Part shown: positions 10,975 to 22,602 of the stretch, piece after piece | Position numbering within the stretch: the first letter of the stretch is position 1 | Layout: every line of letters starts with the position of its first letter | Source: Carpediemonas membranifera BICM | Taxonomy: Eukaryota > Protista > Fornicata | Reading direction: 5' to 3' | DNA: 64,000 nt | Assembly (NCBI GenBank): GCA_019828565.1 | Contig: JAHDYR010000003.1 | Location: forward strand, 431,309 to 495,308 | The notes under the pieces: generated by a model | What the model was told of the DNA's origin: nothing | The model's input: the letters and a program-made list of their open reading frames with translations, nothing else | Database searches by the model: none | Made by a program: the position numbers and the translations under genes

Positions 10975-11408
10975 AATGAGTATCATGTCGTGATCGATCG
11001 CAAGGAACCTTACGCACTTCCCGCTGGTCCGTGAAAAAGTCTCTCTGTTTCCTTAGTCTCCAGTCTCTCTCTCTCTGAATGATGCGATGGCTGTCTCTAT
11101 CAAACTCCGACTTCGTGGCTTGTATTTCCATTGCGAGAGAGCATGGAGTGGTCTGTCGTTTTGTTTTAGCCGCGAGTTTGCGCTTCAACAAGTGCTGTGT
11201 AACCACAAGTGTCCACGGACGTTTGGTTTGGACATTCGTATCAGTGCAGAGCGCAGAGGTCTGACCAGCAGACTGCTTGACCCAAGGGTTAGCCGTTAAG
11301 AATGCAGACGGTCATCAGCCGCTTTTTCCGGTGGATGGAGCCAACTGCTCCCAGTGCCCCATTGGTGGTAATCATCCACCTCAATTTTCTATAAATTTCG
11401 CACTTTAA

Positions 11409-11481
11409 GGGGTGTTAGCTCAGCTGGTAGAGCGTCGGATTCCAGTCCCGAAGGTCATCGGTTCAAATCCGGTACGCCTCA
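11409..11481 (+). tRNA. tRNA-Trp (CCA)
   Basis: 73-nt cloverleaf: acceptor GGGGTGT/ACGCCTC, D arm GCTC/GAGC, anticodon CCA at 11442-11444, T arm ATCGG-TTCAAAT-CCGGT, then TTTT Pol III terminator; CCA tail not encoded. Confidence 0.95.
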
Positions 11482-11842
11482 CTTTTGACTATATCGTCTA
11501 GATCGCCAAAAAAGCCCGCTAGCGATGCCAATCATCCCTTCTAACCCTGCTTGCAGGTATAACCAATGGGGGGTAGAACATTTTTTCTGGATTCAATCTC
11601 GTTTTACTGGTGGTTTGGTCACAAACGTGCGTCAAATTCGCCCGGCTCGGGTCCGGGCCGGGCTGGCTCGCACGAAGAATCACGCGGTTTCAAGCTTCTG
11701 TCCTTGACTTGGCGACTCCGCGCCAAAATCGAGCGGCACGCCAATCGCAGAACACTCCACATCAACCTTGCTGCTATATAGCCTACGGGGAGAGAACACA
11801 GCGGCAGGGTCCTATCAACCATACTCGCTGATTTATAATAGG

Positions 11843-14800
11843 TTACACGTTGTTTGACCGAGGGAGATGGATGCGCAGATGTCCTTTCTTAAACATGACC
11901 GTGCCGATGCAAGCAACAATAAGAAGGACAGTAATGCTGCATGCAATGCAGAAAGCAAGAAGGCAGAGAGCACTCGTGAAGAGGAAGTCGGACATGGTAA
12001 ACTTGTCGACAAACTCGTCAAGAGTGAGGGTGTCGGTGAAGACGACGGCGTCTGCGTACAGCAACTCAACCACCAAAGCCGCGTCAGACGCGACCTCCAC
12101 AGAGGCCGCAGTGTCTGCACTGGCGATAGACGCGTTGCCGCAGAGAGCGCCGTCGGATTCGAATGTTGTGAGGTTGACTCCATTAAGACGAAGCTGAAAG
12201 TCGCCGGTGTCAGTAAAGGCCGCAGTCGACTCAGTAGGGGTCTGGGCGACGGCCACACAGACAGTGCTGGGGGTATTGGTAAGGGTGCCGCTGACCGCCT
12301 GACCCCCGACAACGGGCTGGAAGTCGAGCTGGCTGACGGCGGCAGCAGTGATAGTAACTTCAGCAGTGCAGTAGAGCGTATTGCCGCTGACCTCGGCGCC
12401 AGTGATGCTGACGGACCCGAAGAAGCTCGCCTCCATGGACTGAGGGCAGGCGTAGCTCTCGGCAACAAGCCTGGCAGTTCCGGTGCTGCTGCCAATGCTG
12501 ACAGCGGCGGGTCTGCCTTCAGAGTTAGTGACAGATTCCATGGTGACCGAGACCGTGTTGCTGGTGCCGTCGGACAGAGTGATCGTCATGGTATGGGCGC
12601 CGTGCTCAATGGATGTGGAGATCGGGACGAACACCGTCTCGCCTGATGTGGCGTTGACAACAGTGACGCCGCCGATCCCAGAGGCGACGATGCTGGTGAC
12701 CGTGGTGCCGGAGATGGCGGGGACGGCGAGGGCGACCTTAGTGGAGGTGGAAGTGGGTGATACGTCGAAGAAGTTGGCCTCGATGGTCTTCGTCACGGTG
12801 TAACCGCACGTGTTGTTCACAGTGAGGGTCATGGCGTAGGTTCCGGCAGTGTCCTCATCCCCTGGGTTGAGTGTGAGAGTCGTGCCAGACACTGAGGCCC
12901 ACGCCACGGGTGTGTCCAGGTCAAAGGTCAGTGCCCCGGAGGAGAGAGGGCTCGTGGTGTAGTTGGCAAGGCTGAAGGTCCTCGTGCCGGTCGAGATGAA
13001 GTTGATCTCATTGGGGATGGAGACCTTGCTGTCATCAATGCTCAGTGCTGAGAGAGCGATCGTGCCGGTGATCGTCTCATCGTTGAGTGTTGCCTCTACA
13101 GCAACGTATCCATAGAAAGCGGAGCACTGGATGTCTCCTGAGGACACCTGACAGGCGGAGGTGTCGTTGATGGCAGTGACAGTCGCACTCTGCCCGTCAA
13201 GTGTCGAGACGGGCGTCACAGTCCACACGCCGTCGGAGTGCGCTGCCAGTGCTGATTCAGGGATCTGGTAGCAGCCCCTGCGGTTGTCAAGGGCTATCCA
13301 GTCAGTTGGGCAGGCCGTGCAGTCGTCCGTACCTCCCAGGGAGTAGTAACCAGAGTCACACAGGGTCTGGCTCGCCCGGTCGGTGGTAGGGTAATAGCCG
13401 GCGTCCACAGTCTTGCAGGAGGTCTGGCCCGTTTCATCCTGGTACTGGCCAGTCGAGCAGGCGACGATGCCGGTGTGGTCGTCGGTCGAGACATAGCCGG
13501 CGGGGGCGGGGAAGCATTCAATGGCGCCAATGCCACCGAACGAGAAGTAGCCGGCCTCCGTGCACTGGGTCTGCTGGTTGTAGTCGGTGACGGCGACGTA
13601 GTACCCGGGGCTGGCGTCGGTGCAGTAATCACCGTCGAGATACTGTCCGGGCTGGCAGGGCGACGAGCTCATGGTGCAGGCGTCCGCGAGGCTGTTCACA
13701 CGGCGCGTGTTAGCGGGGCATGGGACGCAGCCAGAGTCCGAGTTGACCTCGTCGATGGCGCAGAGGAAGGCAGCGCTGTAGACAGCACCGTCGTCAGTGC
13801 CGAATGCAGGGGCGCCGATGGCCATGATGAAGTGGTGGGCGCTGGTGTCGATCAGGTCGGCAGCCGCCCCGAAGGAGATCTGGTCAGTTGACTCGGCAAA
13901 GGGAATCAGAGCAAACAGTGTGAATTCCCCGCCGCCCCTGTGCTGGTAGACGGCCACGGCCTGGTTGGTGGTGTCGCCAAGGATGAGGAGGTCGCCGCTG
14001 ACCTTGACGGAGTCAAACGATGACCCGGCCACAGTCATGGTTGAGCTGACGGTGAGGGAGGTGGCGGTGGCCTCGAGGACAGTGATGATCTCACCAGATA
14101 CGATAGTGACAAAGCGGTCGAATCCAGCGATCATGGAGGAGGCTGGAAGGGTTGATGAGACTTTGAACCACTCGTAGCCGCCGGTGCTCGTGTCGATAAT
14201 GTCCCACGTGATGCTGCCGGACGCCACGATGAAGCTGACGTCGTCAATTGTCACAAAGGCGAGGCCATATGGCCCGATTCCAGAGATCCCACTGACCGGC
14301 GTCATGATTTCAGACCAGACGTCGGAGTAGGCCCACACCACGAGGTCCACGCTAAAGCTCGACTTCACCTGGGCCGCCACCATGGAGTCATTGGCAGCGA
14401 TGGCGTACGGGTTAGTGGAGGAATGCACGGCGAACGTGTCGGTGGGGGTGGTCGGGTCGACCGAGTTCTTGGGGTAGACGTGGACGTTGCCGCCCTCGAT
14501 GACGTAGAAGTTGGTGGCGTCCGCAACCAGGCCGGTGCCGGGGTTGGAGAATGAAGTTGATGAGCTCAGTGAGAGGTCGAGGCCGTATGCGGTGGCAGAG
14601 AGAGTCGACCCGGTCGTGACAATGAGCGAAGAGTCCATAGAAACGCTCGTCCCGACCTCACTGCCGCTGCTGTACTCGTAGTAGGTCATGCTGGTGCTGT
14701 TGTAGCATGTGCTGGCCGAGTCCTCTGAGTTGAAGCCCGTGGAGCAGGGTGTGGAGGTGGTGTGGTTGAAGTCGGCGACAAAGGTGCCGGCAACGGCGTC

Positions 14801-16129
14801 AATGCAGCTGCTCTGGCCATAAGCGGACTGGTACTGACCTGAGGAGCACGAGTGGCAGAACACCTGGCCGGGCAGGGGCTGGTATGTGCCAGGGGGGCAT
14901 GGGTAGCACGTCGTGCCGGAGAAGAAGTGGCCGGTCTCGCAGGACCCGAAGAACAGCGCATGGGACGCGTTAAGGCTGGCGACATTCATGCTGGTGGCGC
15001 TGAGTTCGAGAGTGGCACCAATTTGTGTCTCTCCGGACGGCACCGTCATGACGCCGGGCAGCGTCGTCGCAGTCCAGCTGGGGGTCGTCTCATTCACGGT
15101 GTAGGCGAACACAGTGCCCTCAGAGTCATTGTAGAGGGGGTCCCCGATGAGGAGGTACTGGTCAGAGGCAGCGACAGTGGTGCCGAAGCCGACGCTGGTG
15201 GAGTCTGAGTGGTCTGTGGCCAGGAACTGGTGAACGGTCTCGCTGTTGAACAGGCCCGTGGATTCATCGAGAGTGAATGCGTACACGGTGCCGACAGTGT
15301 CGTCGTTATCATCCATGTAAAGGGCATCGCCAAGGTAGATCATCGAGGAAGTCACCGCGACAGATATGTCGGTGCCGATAATGATGGTCTCAGATGCCGT
15401 AGTGATGGCCTCGCTCATGAGGGCGTCCGTGGCCGAGGTGAGCGATGCAGTGATGGGAAGGCGGTAGGTGGCCACAGCAGAGTTGGTGACAAGGACAAAG
15501 AGATCGCCGAAGATGGCAAGGGCGCGGCAGTGGACAACGCTGAAGCCGCTGCCATTGGCTACGGTGTAGTCGCTCCAGGAGGCGTTGGCATAAGTCAAGG
15601 CGAGCACAGTGACCTTCTTGGCGTTGTACCCAATAAGCACGGTGTCATCAGAGACTGCAATGGAGGATGGATCGTTGGTGTGGCTGGTCGTGTAGTAGGC
15701 CTCGTCGATGGGAAGCTGCTGGCCGGCCCAGGTGTGTGTGGTGGTATCATACTGGGAAAGGTCGATGACAACGACAATGGTAGCTGCGGTATCGGAATTC
15801 GTCACCTTGCCTGCAACTACCAGCCAATGGTCCGAAGAACTGACAATGATAGAGCTCAAGACGCAATCACTGTCAGCGGAGCACTCATCAAAAAGATCAG
15901 TCAGGAGAAGGACACGCTCGGCACTCTGTGTCCATGCAGTATCAATGGTATCATATCCGGATAAATGAATTGCTGTATCGTTCCAGTCCGCGAGGAATGC
16001 GAGATTGGAGCCAGCATGTGAAGTAAAACCACTGTAGAGAGTGCTGTCGCCAGGCAGAATCGTGCTGAATGTCATACATCCAGCAATGAACAGTGCAATA
16101 AGCAGTAACTGCAGTGATTGCTGCAGCAT
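11843..16129 (-). CDS. Type I membrane surface protein (signal peptide, FG-GAP-like propeller repeats, GCC2/GCC3-like Cys-rich repeats, Ig-like stalk, C-terminal TM)
   Basis: 1428 aa; hydrophobic N-terminus; FGTTVA..LLIGDP and FGAAAD..MAIGAP; CPPGTYQPLPGQVFC-type repeats; TM ALCLLAFCIACSITVLLIVACIGTVMF followed by KK. Confidence 0.88.
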   Translation of the reverse strand: MLQQSLQLLLIALFIAGCMTFSTILPGDSTLYSGFTSHAGSNLAFLADWNDTAIHLSGYDTIDTAWTQSAERVLLLTDLFDECSADSDCVLSSIIVSSSDHWLVVAGKVTNSDTAATIVVVIDLSQYDTTTHTWAGQQLPIDEAYYTTSHTNDPSSIAVSDDTVLIGYNAKKVTVLALTYANASWSDYTVANGSGFSVVHCRALAIFGDLFVLVTNSAVATYRLPITASLTSATDALMSEAITTASETIIIGTDISVAVTSSMIYLGDALYMDDNDDTVGTVYAFTLDESTGLFNSETVHQFLATDHSDSTSVGFGTTVAASDQYLLIGDPLYNDSEGTVFAYTVNETTPSWTATTLPGVMTVPSGETQIGATLELSATSMNVASLNASHALFFGSCETGHFFSGTTCYPCPPGTYQPLPGQVFCHSCSSGQYQSAYGQSSCIDAVAGTFVADFNHTTSTPCSTGFNSEDSASTCYNSTSMTYYEYSSGSEVGTSVSMDSSLIVTTGSTLSATAYGLDLSLSSSTSFSNPGTGLVADATNFYVIEGGNVHVYPKNSVDPTTPTDTFAVHSSTNPYAIAANDSMVAAQVKSSFSVDLVVWAYSDVWSEIMTPVSGISGIGPYGLAFVTIDDVSFIVASGSITWDIIDTSTGGYEWFKVSSTLPASSMIAGFDRFVTIVSGEIITVLEATATSLTVSSTMTVAGSSFDSVKVSGDLLILGDTTNQAVAVYQHRGGGEFTLFALIPFAESTDQISFGAAADLIDTSAHHFIMAIGAPAFGTDDGAVYSAAFLCAIDEVNSDSGCVPCPANTRRVNSLADACTMSSSPCQPGQYLDGDYCTDASPGYYVAVTDYNQQTQCTEAGYFSFGGIGAIECFPAPAGYVSTDDHTGIVACSTGQYQDETGQTSCKTVDAGYYPTTDRASQTLCDSGYYSLGGTDDCTACPTDWIALDNRRGCYQIPESALAAHSDGVWTVTPVSTLDGQSATVTAINDTSACQVSSGDIQCSAFYGYVAVEATLNDETITGTIALSALSIDDSKVSIPNEINFISTGTRTFSLANYTTSPLSSGALTFDLDTPVAWASVSGTTLTLNPGDEDTAGTYAMTLTVNNTCGYTVTKTIEANFFDVSPTSTSTKVALAVPAISGTTVTSIVASGIGGVTVVNATSGETVFVPISTSIEHGAHTMTITLSDGTSNTVSVTMESVTNSEGRPAAVSIGSSTGTARLVAESYACPQSMEASFFGSVSITGAEVSGNTLYCTAEVTITAAAVSQLDFQPVVGGQAVSGTLTNTPSTVCVAVAQTPTESTAAFTDTGDFQLRLNGVNLTTFESDGALCGNASIASADTAASVEVASDAALVVELLYADAVVFTDTLTLDEFVDKFTMSDFLFTSALCLLAFCIACSITVLLIVACIGTVMFKKGHLRIHLPRSNNV

Positions 16130-16841
16130 GCTTTGGCTTCGAATTTGCTTGTGGGAAAAAGAAATTTTCCAAATTGTCCGAATCTACTGTAATGGCAGCG
16201 AAATTGCCGCCCTAACGTCGCCTGCCAAGCATTGATGATCGTATTTAGCGTTGTTTCCCCATCTTTCCGTTTCAAGTACAAATTGGACTCTGCCACAAGC
16301 CAAATCGGCTTCGAGAAATGTTAGAGTCAAACAGAAAAGGCTGCAAAAAAGAGGTGTAGCCTGGTACATGTGGTTTAGTCACATTTTCGACCTTTGCTGC
16401 AGGGGGTATATCCTCTCGGGTAAGGATTCAGCTTTTGTTGTTCATTCCTGACAGGACTTATTTTGACTCCCAGCAAAAAGGAACTGTCTGAATTATGGAC
16501 GCCGAGTGGCCTTCTCTCATGGCACTGAATCATGATTTTGTTCTCAGAAGGGGATCGCTTTGCTCGCTTGCACAGTGTCACCACGGGCCTAGCCAGCAGA
16601 CTTTTCAAATTCTAGATAAGGTATGCTGCTGCGGCTACAAGTCTCCTCTTATGGCTCTACGGCGGTAACAGGGGGCAAGACGTCTCTCACTGTCTGGTGC
16701 ACTTTTACGCCTTGACAAATGGCTTCGCGTGTTTCTTGGCTCCACGGAACTTAATACGATCGGAGCTACTTCTCATTCGTTTATAAAACTGGTTCATGCC
16801 GCTATGGTGATAATTTTAGCGGCAGGCGCATCCTCCCCGTC

Positions 16842-17313
16842 ATGTCACAGACCATCAGCATAATCAGGCTGGATCCAAAGCCTGAGCACGAGAGTGAGAA
16901 GCTCATTCCGAACTTTTATCCGAAGGAGTACATCTGCAAATACTCTGAAAATCCGTTTCTTGAGCCGATGAATGATAGGAGGTCAACTAGCTTCACATCG
17001 CCGCGAACACTGCAAGGTCGTGAATTTGTCGGGTACATCGACGCAGAGAGCGAGTATCAGGACCTGCCCTGCCAGCTCTGCTAAGTTCAACCAGGACTTG
17101 ACGCATCGTCGCACCTCGCTATGCGAAAGAACGCCCGCTCGGCACCACGCCAATCGAAACACCTACACATACAGTAACTACGTCACCGGAATGGCCCACC
17201 ACATCGCCGGTCCCAGCAGGCCGATGTTTGCAGCTGTGCTGACGTCCATGAAGAAGACGCTTTGTGGAAGCCCTGGAGAAGACGATATCCCTACCGACTT
17301 AAAACGTGAGTAG
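16842..17313 (+). CDS. Hypothetical protein (two overlapping frames, probably spliced or frameshifted)
   Basis: ORFs 16842-17084 and 16972-17313; no motif recognised. Confidence 0.25.
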
Positions 17314-17541
17314 GAGGGAGACAGGGCAGTGTTGCGCAGTATAAACACATTGTTCGGCCCTTCAATAGCACAAAGCCGTGTACCGCGCAGGATTAGAATT
17401 GTTGAGTCTAAAGGGGGGGGCTGACAGCCTAAGCCTTCACATGAACCCCCAGTAAACATCTCTGACGCTACAAGCCGTGTGACATAAACTGCTCGTCCAG
17501 ACTCATCTTGCTCTCGCACTGCGCCATTGCTTGCTGCTCTG

Positions 17542-19347
17542 ATGAAGTTCTCCGGACGCGAGCTTGCTGTTTGTCTTGCGCTTATTATCCTCTATCCATA
17601 CTTCTTCAGAGACACTGGAGGTTATGTACTCTATCAACACAGTCTTCGTGAGTTCCCCGTGTATGCTAATGAGGGTACTATCCCCTCCACGGCCTTCACT
17701 CCTCAGATACAAATGGTTAAGCGCACTATTGTGACGTCCGACCCGTTTAATCACACGGCCACTTCCACGCTAACCATCTCGGCGCCCAATGCGGTGATGA
17801 GCGGGCCGAACGACAAGTCGATCCAGTTCATATCGCTATGGCCTCTGCTCAACCATGCAATGGACAATAGCGGCTCATCCTATCAGAACGCCTACACCAT
17901 GCACAACGACGATGAGATCAATGACATGACCCCAGGCTCCATGGCCGAGTTCACCCACGAGCACGTCAAGTCCAGCCTGGCAAAGAACCGAGAGACGGTT
18001 GACATCTCTGTTGAGGGCTCCATCGCTGCATTTGCCATGGGGCCTATGCTTGGGATGACATCCTCAAAGATCCCCACTACCCACATGGCATGCCTCACAG
18101 ATGCCCTGGAACTGACAGTTTCCGGCCCAGTCAGTGCCCTGAAGACAGCCAGGATCACGCTGTGGTCAGCGGACGTGTCATCGCTCTTATTCTGCAACAC
18201 GAACTCGAGGACCGACCTGTGCCCCTTCCAGACGCTGTCGGATGCCCACGTCGCTCTAGCTGGGGACTCAGTCCTAGTTGCTGTCACTGGGCGGACTGCT
18301 GCTTCTCCGCTGGCCAAGACCATATTCATCCACCGCATTCAGACCAACAATACCGGAATTCCTCGGCCCATCGAGGGATGGCCCGAGCCTGTCTCAGTCA
18401 ACTACCCCCACGCCCTGTCCGACAGTCCCCTGACCCTGGTCTTCCAGTCCACAGGCAAGCCGTACCTCTTACTGCAAAGGTACCTAACCTCCAAGGGCGT
18501 CGAGGCCCAGCGGTCACCTCACTCTGACCGCCACGCGTTACAGGTGGCCAGACTGCAGCACGCTGAGACACTGGGGGAGGATGCTAGCGTGCTGACTGTG
18601 CCCCAGGACCGGTGGGGTCCGGCCGACACGGTCGTGTATCGCGGGGAAGACACCATCACCTTCGTAGACCTGGAGACAGGAGCAGTCCTGGCCTGTTTCC
18701 TGGTCAACCCCAGTGTGACGATTACTGCGGCGTCTACTGGTCTCATCGCCTTCTACCAGATTGGGCAGACTGGCTATGCCGTCACTCTGGACTCCAGCGG
18801 AGCTGAGGGTCTATGGTCTGTCCCTATAGACCGCTCCATGGTTGGTAGGAACGGTATGGAGGGCAAGAGTATCCTGCCGCCTGTCGACACTGAGCCGAGG
18901 CCCCAGCTGCTTGGTGACAGCGTTGTGTTCCTCTGTGCTGACGGGATCAGGGCTTTTAAGGCAGACCGTACTGCCAAGGAGACGTGGACATGGCTGTCTC
19001 CCCCCGGCTCGAATGCGGAGCTGTCTGTACACTCAACCGGATCTGATGCCGTTCTTCTCTGGACTGACGAGGACCATATCAGGATGTTCGGTCGGCACGG
19101 GGACCTGCAGCTTGAGACGCACCTACCACTGGGTACAGATCGCAGGGTTAGCGTCGGCGACCTCTTGGGCTATGAGGCGGTGACCGTCTTCACCAACACC
19201 GAGGCCGGATCCACCATGGATGTCTGGATGAAGGTGCCCAGTCCCCATCTCGCAACAGCGACGAAGGCTATGGTGCTTGTTGTCGCTGGGGTGGCCGTTG
19301 TTTTCGGGATGAGGGTCTCCACCAAGGCCAAGGTCCGGAGGGATTGA
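17542..19347 (+). CDS. Membrane-anchored beta-propeller protein, FG-GAP/NERD1-like
   Basis: N-terminal RELAV plus hydrophobic stretch; DTVVYRGEDTITFVDLETGAVLAC; VGDLLG; C-terminal TM with basic tail. Family assigned from recalled similarity only. Confidence 0.6.
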   Translation: MKFSGRELAVCLALIILYPYFFRDTGGYVLYQHSLREFPVYANEGTIPSTAFTPQIQMVKRTIVTSDPFNHTATSTLTISAPNAVMSGPNDKSIQFISLWPLLNHAMDNSGSSYQNAYTMHNDDEINDMTPGSMAEFTHEHVKSSLAKNRETVDISVEGSIAAFAMGPMLGMTSSKIPTTHMACLTDALELTVSGPVSALKTARITLWSADVSSLLFCNTNSRTDLCPFQTLSDAHVALAGDSVLVAVTGRTAASPLAKTIFIHRIQTNNTGIPRPIEGWPEPVSVNYPHALSDSPLTLVFQSTGKPYLLLQRYLTSKGVEAQRSPHSDRHALQVARLQHAETLGEDASVLTVPQDRWGPADTVVYRGEDTITFVDLETGAVLACFLVNPSVTITAASTGLIAFYQIGQTGYAVTLDSSGAEGLWSVPIDRSMVGRNGMEGKSILPPVDTEPRPQLLGDSVVFLCADGIRAFKADRTAKETWTWLSPPGSNAELSVHSTGSDAVLLWTDEDHIRMFGRHGDLQLETHLPLGTDRRVSVGDLLGYEAVTVFTNTEAGSTMDVWMKVPSPHLATATKAMVLVVAGVAVVFGMRVSTKAKVRRD

Positions 19348-19405
19348 GGGCACTCGTTTGATTCGTTTGATTGTAAATCACTGCTTCCATCAATACCCTG
19401 CCAGT

Positions 19406-19843
19406 TGTCGCCGGATTGTGCTCTCGTGATCTTTGTGAGAGTGATTGTGGTATTTACATGACTATGTAGACGCAGTTAGACCCATTATCACCGCGTAGGA
19501 GGTATACCCCTTAAACACTTCACACTTGTTTCCAGACTTCAGTAATTACTACGGTTTGACGCAATGGGAGAAGACGTAACGATAGGTCCACCGATGAAGG
19601 ACCTCACGATCGAAGAGTATATGCGAGTACGAGACATCTACGACGAGTACAGCCTGGAGGCAGACGACGGCAAGCACCGTAAGCCTTTTCACTCCCTGGT
19701 CAAGCCTGCGTTGAAGAGACAGGTTTTACGCGAGACAGGGAAGTCCAGGATCGACGAGTTCGTGGAGCCGACATGTGCGACGAACGGTAACGGATCGGTG
19801 TCGACTCAGCAGTACATGAAGCATCATGACGACGTCAAGAAGG
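19406..19843 (+). mobile_element. Element E, 5' part: putative 5' LTR (19406-19541) and gag start (19564)
   Basis: TG...CA followed by palindrome AGTAATTACT. Gag joins in frame to the minus strand from 54215 (..DVKK/ARRAHQKKEDAFW..VFARTQ) through the AAGG/CCTT TSD. LTR start is inferred from TG only. Confidence 0.8.
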
Positions 19844-22602
19844 TGTGCCGAATCAAGGCAAGAACTGGTGAAGTGGTTTAAACTGACAAAACTCACTGGA
19901 GCAACGAGACAGGAAACGCCACATCCTGCCCCTCCTCAAGATCCTTGAGGATTAGCTTGCCCTTGGGGTGGTTGGCCAGACTGGCCATCGGCTCCTCGGT
20001 GGCCTCCGAGGCCGGGAAGCCATCCCATTCGATCAGAAATGTGTGAGCGTCTCTGTCGCAAGACAGGATGCGGGATGGGAGGAACTCCTCCCGATCACCG
20101 ACGGCAAACATTCGCATCTGCTCAAGCGTGGCGTCGGCGTCAAAGAGAAAGAGCTTGTCCTGGTGGACAGTGCGCTCCGACAAATCGACAAGATGCTGAA
20201 TGGTGACAGCCTTGTTTTCCCCTATGCTGACCACCTTAAAGGGGCCAATGGCACCGTGGAGCTTGGTCTCTCTCTCGTTGGCTAGGAGGACGAAGTCGCC
20301 CGCTTTGAACTGCGCTGTGACAGCGGATCTTGACCTGATGATGCGCTCCTGCTTCGCCACCGCCTTCGCGCGCAGCCCGTCAAGGTACGACTGAAGGTCG
20401 AACATGTAGTCGTCCAGAGAAGCCAGTGGCTCGGTCTCGGCCCTGTCAGCCGGCTCGTGTACAAACGTGAGGCCGGAGGGGTAGCCGAAGAGGAGTTGGT
20501 GCGGGGTGAACCCCGTTGCGGAGTGACGAGAGTGATTGATGACATGTTGCACGTACGGCACCAGCGGGGACCAGTTGCTGTGTGTGTTAAACTTCGCGCA
20601 AAGGAGGCGGAGATGCCGTTTGATCTCGTAATTCACGCGCTCTACGATCCCGTTCGACGCCGGGTGGTACGGCAGAGTGCGGTGGTGTGTAACGTTGAGG
20701 CGTCTGAGGAGGGCATTGAGGACCCTGTTCACAAACTCCGGGCCATTGTCAGTCCGAATTGTGGTTGGTAGGCCATGTCTGCCCATGATGGCGGTCCAAA
20801 TTGCCCCTGCGACGGAGTCCGCGGTGTGGTTGGGCATGGGTACAAGCTCCACATAACGCGTGAATGCGTCAATGATGACCAGGATAAACCTGTTGCCCCA
20901 TGCGTCTGTATGAAGGGGGCCGACTGTGTCGACCGAGACGGTGTCAAACGGTGTGTGTACCATGGTGGACGCGAGAGCCGACTCTCTGAAACGGGCGAGT
21001 CGCGCCTTCTGGCACAGGGCACACTTGCTCACGTAAGAACGACAGTCGTCGATGACGGCTGGCCAGGTGAAACCCATCGCGCGTAGGTTAGCGGCTGTGT
21101 TGACGGCGCCGGCGTGGTAGCGGTGGGCCTCGGCGATGAGCTTCGCCTTCAAGTCGGTAGCTCCCTCGGGGATAACGGCGACCCCATCGTGAACGTGGAG
21201 ACCGTCGGCGTCAGTGGGCAGGCGCGAAACCGAGGGGTCGGCGGCCTGAGCTGCTCGCACCTCCGTGGACAGGTTGACGGCCGCAACCACGGGTGGCCGC
21301 GACAAACTGTCGGCAACGACATTGTCTGCGCCCTTGACATGCTCGATGGAGTAGGGGTACTCCGCTAGTATCGTTCGCCAACGAGTGAGCTTCCGATTGC
21401 CTTCCTCGCTCTTGATGACCATAGTGACGAGGTTCTTGTGATCCGTGCGGATGAGGAAAGGTTTGAGCTTCAACAGAGGAGCTAAATCTGCCCGGGTAAC
21501 ACAATGTATGATCCCGTATAGCTCCTGGTCCACAGTGGCCCATCTGCGCTGGGTTTCTGTGAACTTGTGCCCGAAAAAGGAGATGGGGAGTCGCGACTCG
21601 TCATCGGAGACCTGCCATAACACACCGCCGCAGGCAACGTCGGAGGCATCCGTCTCCAGGATCCAGGTCTTAGAGACGTCCGGCAGAGCCAGAATGGTGT
21701 CGGCAGTCGCGCGGCGCTTCAGTTCAGCGTAGGCCGCATCGTGAACCTCCCCCCACTGCGTGGTGATGTCTGCCTCGGGGCGGAGTAGTTGGTGGAGCGG
21801 CTCGGCGGCCTCGCTCAGCCCATCGATGAAGCGGGCCAGGAAGTTAAACTTGCCGAGAACTCGGCGAAGCTCCTTGATGGTCGTGGGCCGTGGCATATCG
21901 AGCAGGGCCTGCTTACGGCTCTCGGAAACACGATGGCCATCGCGGTTGAGCACGAAACCGAGGGCTTCCGTCTCGGGTGCACCAAGGGTGCACTTTTCGG
22001 CCTTCAGCCGAAGACGGTGCTGGCGCAGGCGTGTCAGTAGTTGTCGTGTTCTGGCGAGGTACACTTCGGCGTCGTTGGCATAGTTCAATATGTCGTCGAC
22101 GTAGACGCTCGTGCCCTCCACGCCGCGAAGGGCGTCATCCATTGCACGTTGGAAACGTCCAGGGGCGTTCGTGAGGCCAAAAGGAAGGTGCACGTACTCG
22201 AACTGACCCCCTGGTACGACGAACGCCGTCAAGGAGCAGACAGAAGGGTCGAGGACCATCTGATTATACCCCGAACGCAGGTCCAGGCTGCCAAAGAACG
22301 AGCAACCTGATGCGCTGTTGATGAAATCACGGGTGTCCGGGAGCGGGTACGCGTCCTTGACCGTGACCGCGTTAAGGGCGTTGTAGGCCACGCAGAAGCG
22401 CTTCTGGCCGCCCTTCTTGTCCGCTAGAACGTGTGGGGACGCGACCGTGCTGACGCTCGGTCGTATGATGCCCTCGTCCAGCAGTCGCTGGATCTCCTGC
22501 TGAATTACGTCGAGGTGACCCTTGATGGGTCGCGGCTTAGCCTTGGCAGTGAAAGGCTCCTCGAGTTCAAGTGTGAACGGTGTGAGGGTAGACCCCTCAG
22601 GC
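19844..22602 (-). mobile_element. pol: Element A copy 1, 3' half: RT-RH-IN-chromodomain and 80-bp 3' LTR (19844-19923)
   Basis: YVDDI, LETDASD, SVDTVGP, RTDNG, YHPASNGIVER, LIEWDGFP; PPT GAGGAGGGGCAGGA; stop codon inside the LTR; followed by CCTT TSD. Confidence 0.95.

Noticed and set aside
11409-11481. Local tRNA-Trp as primer for the retrotransposons
   Set aside because: The expected PBS TGGTGAGGCG is not present after any 5' LTR.
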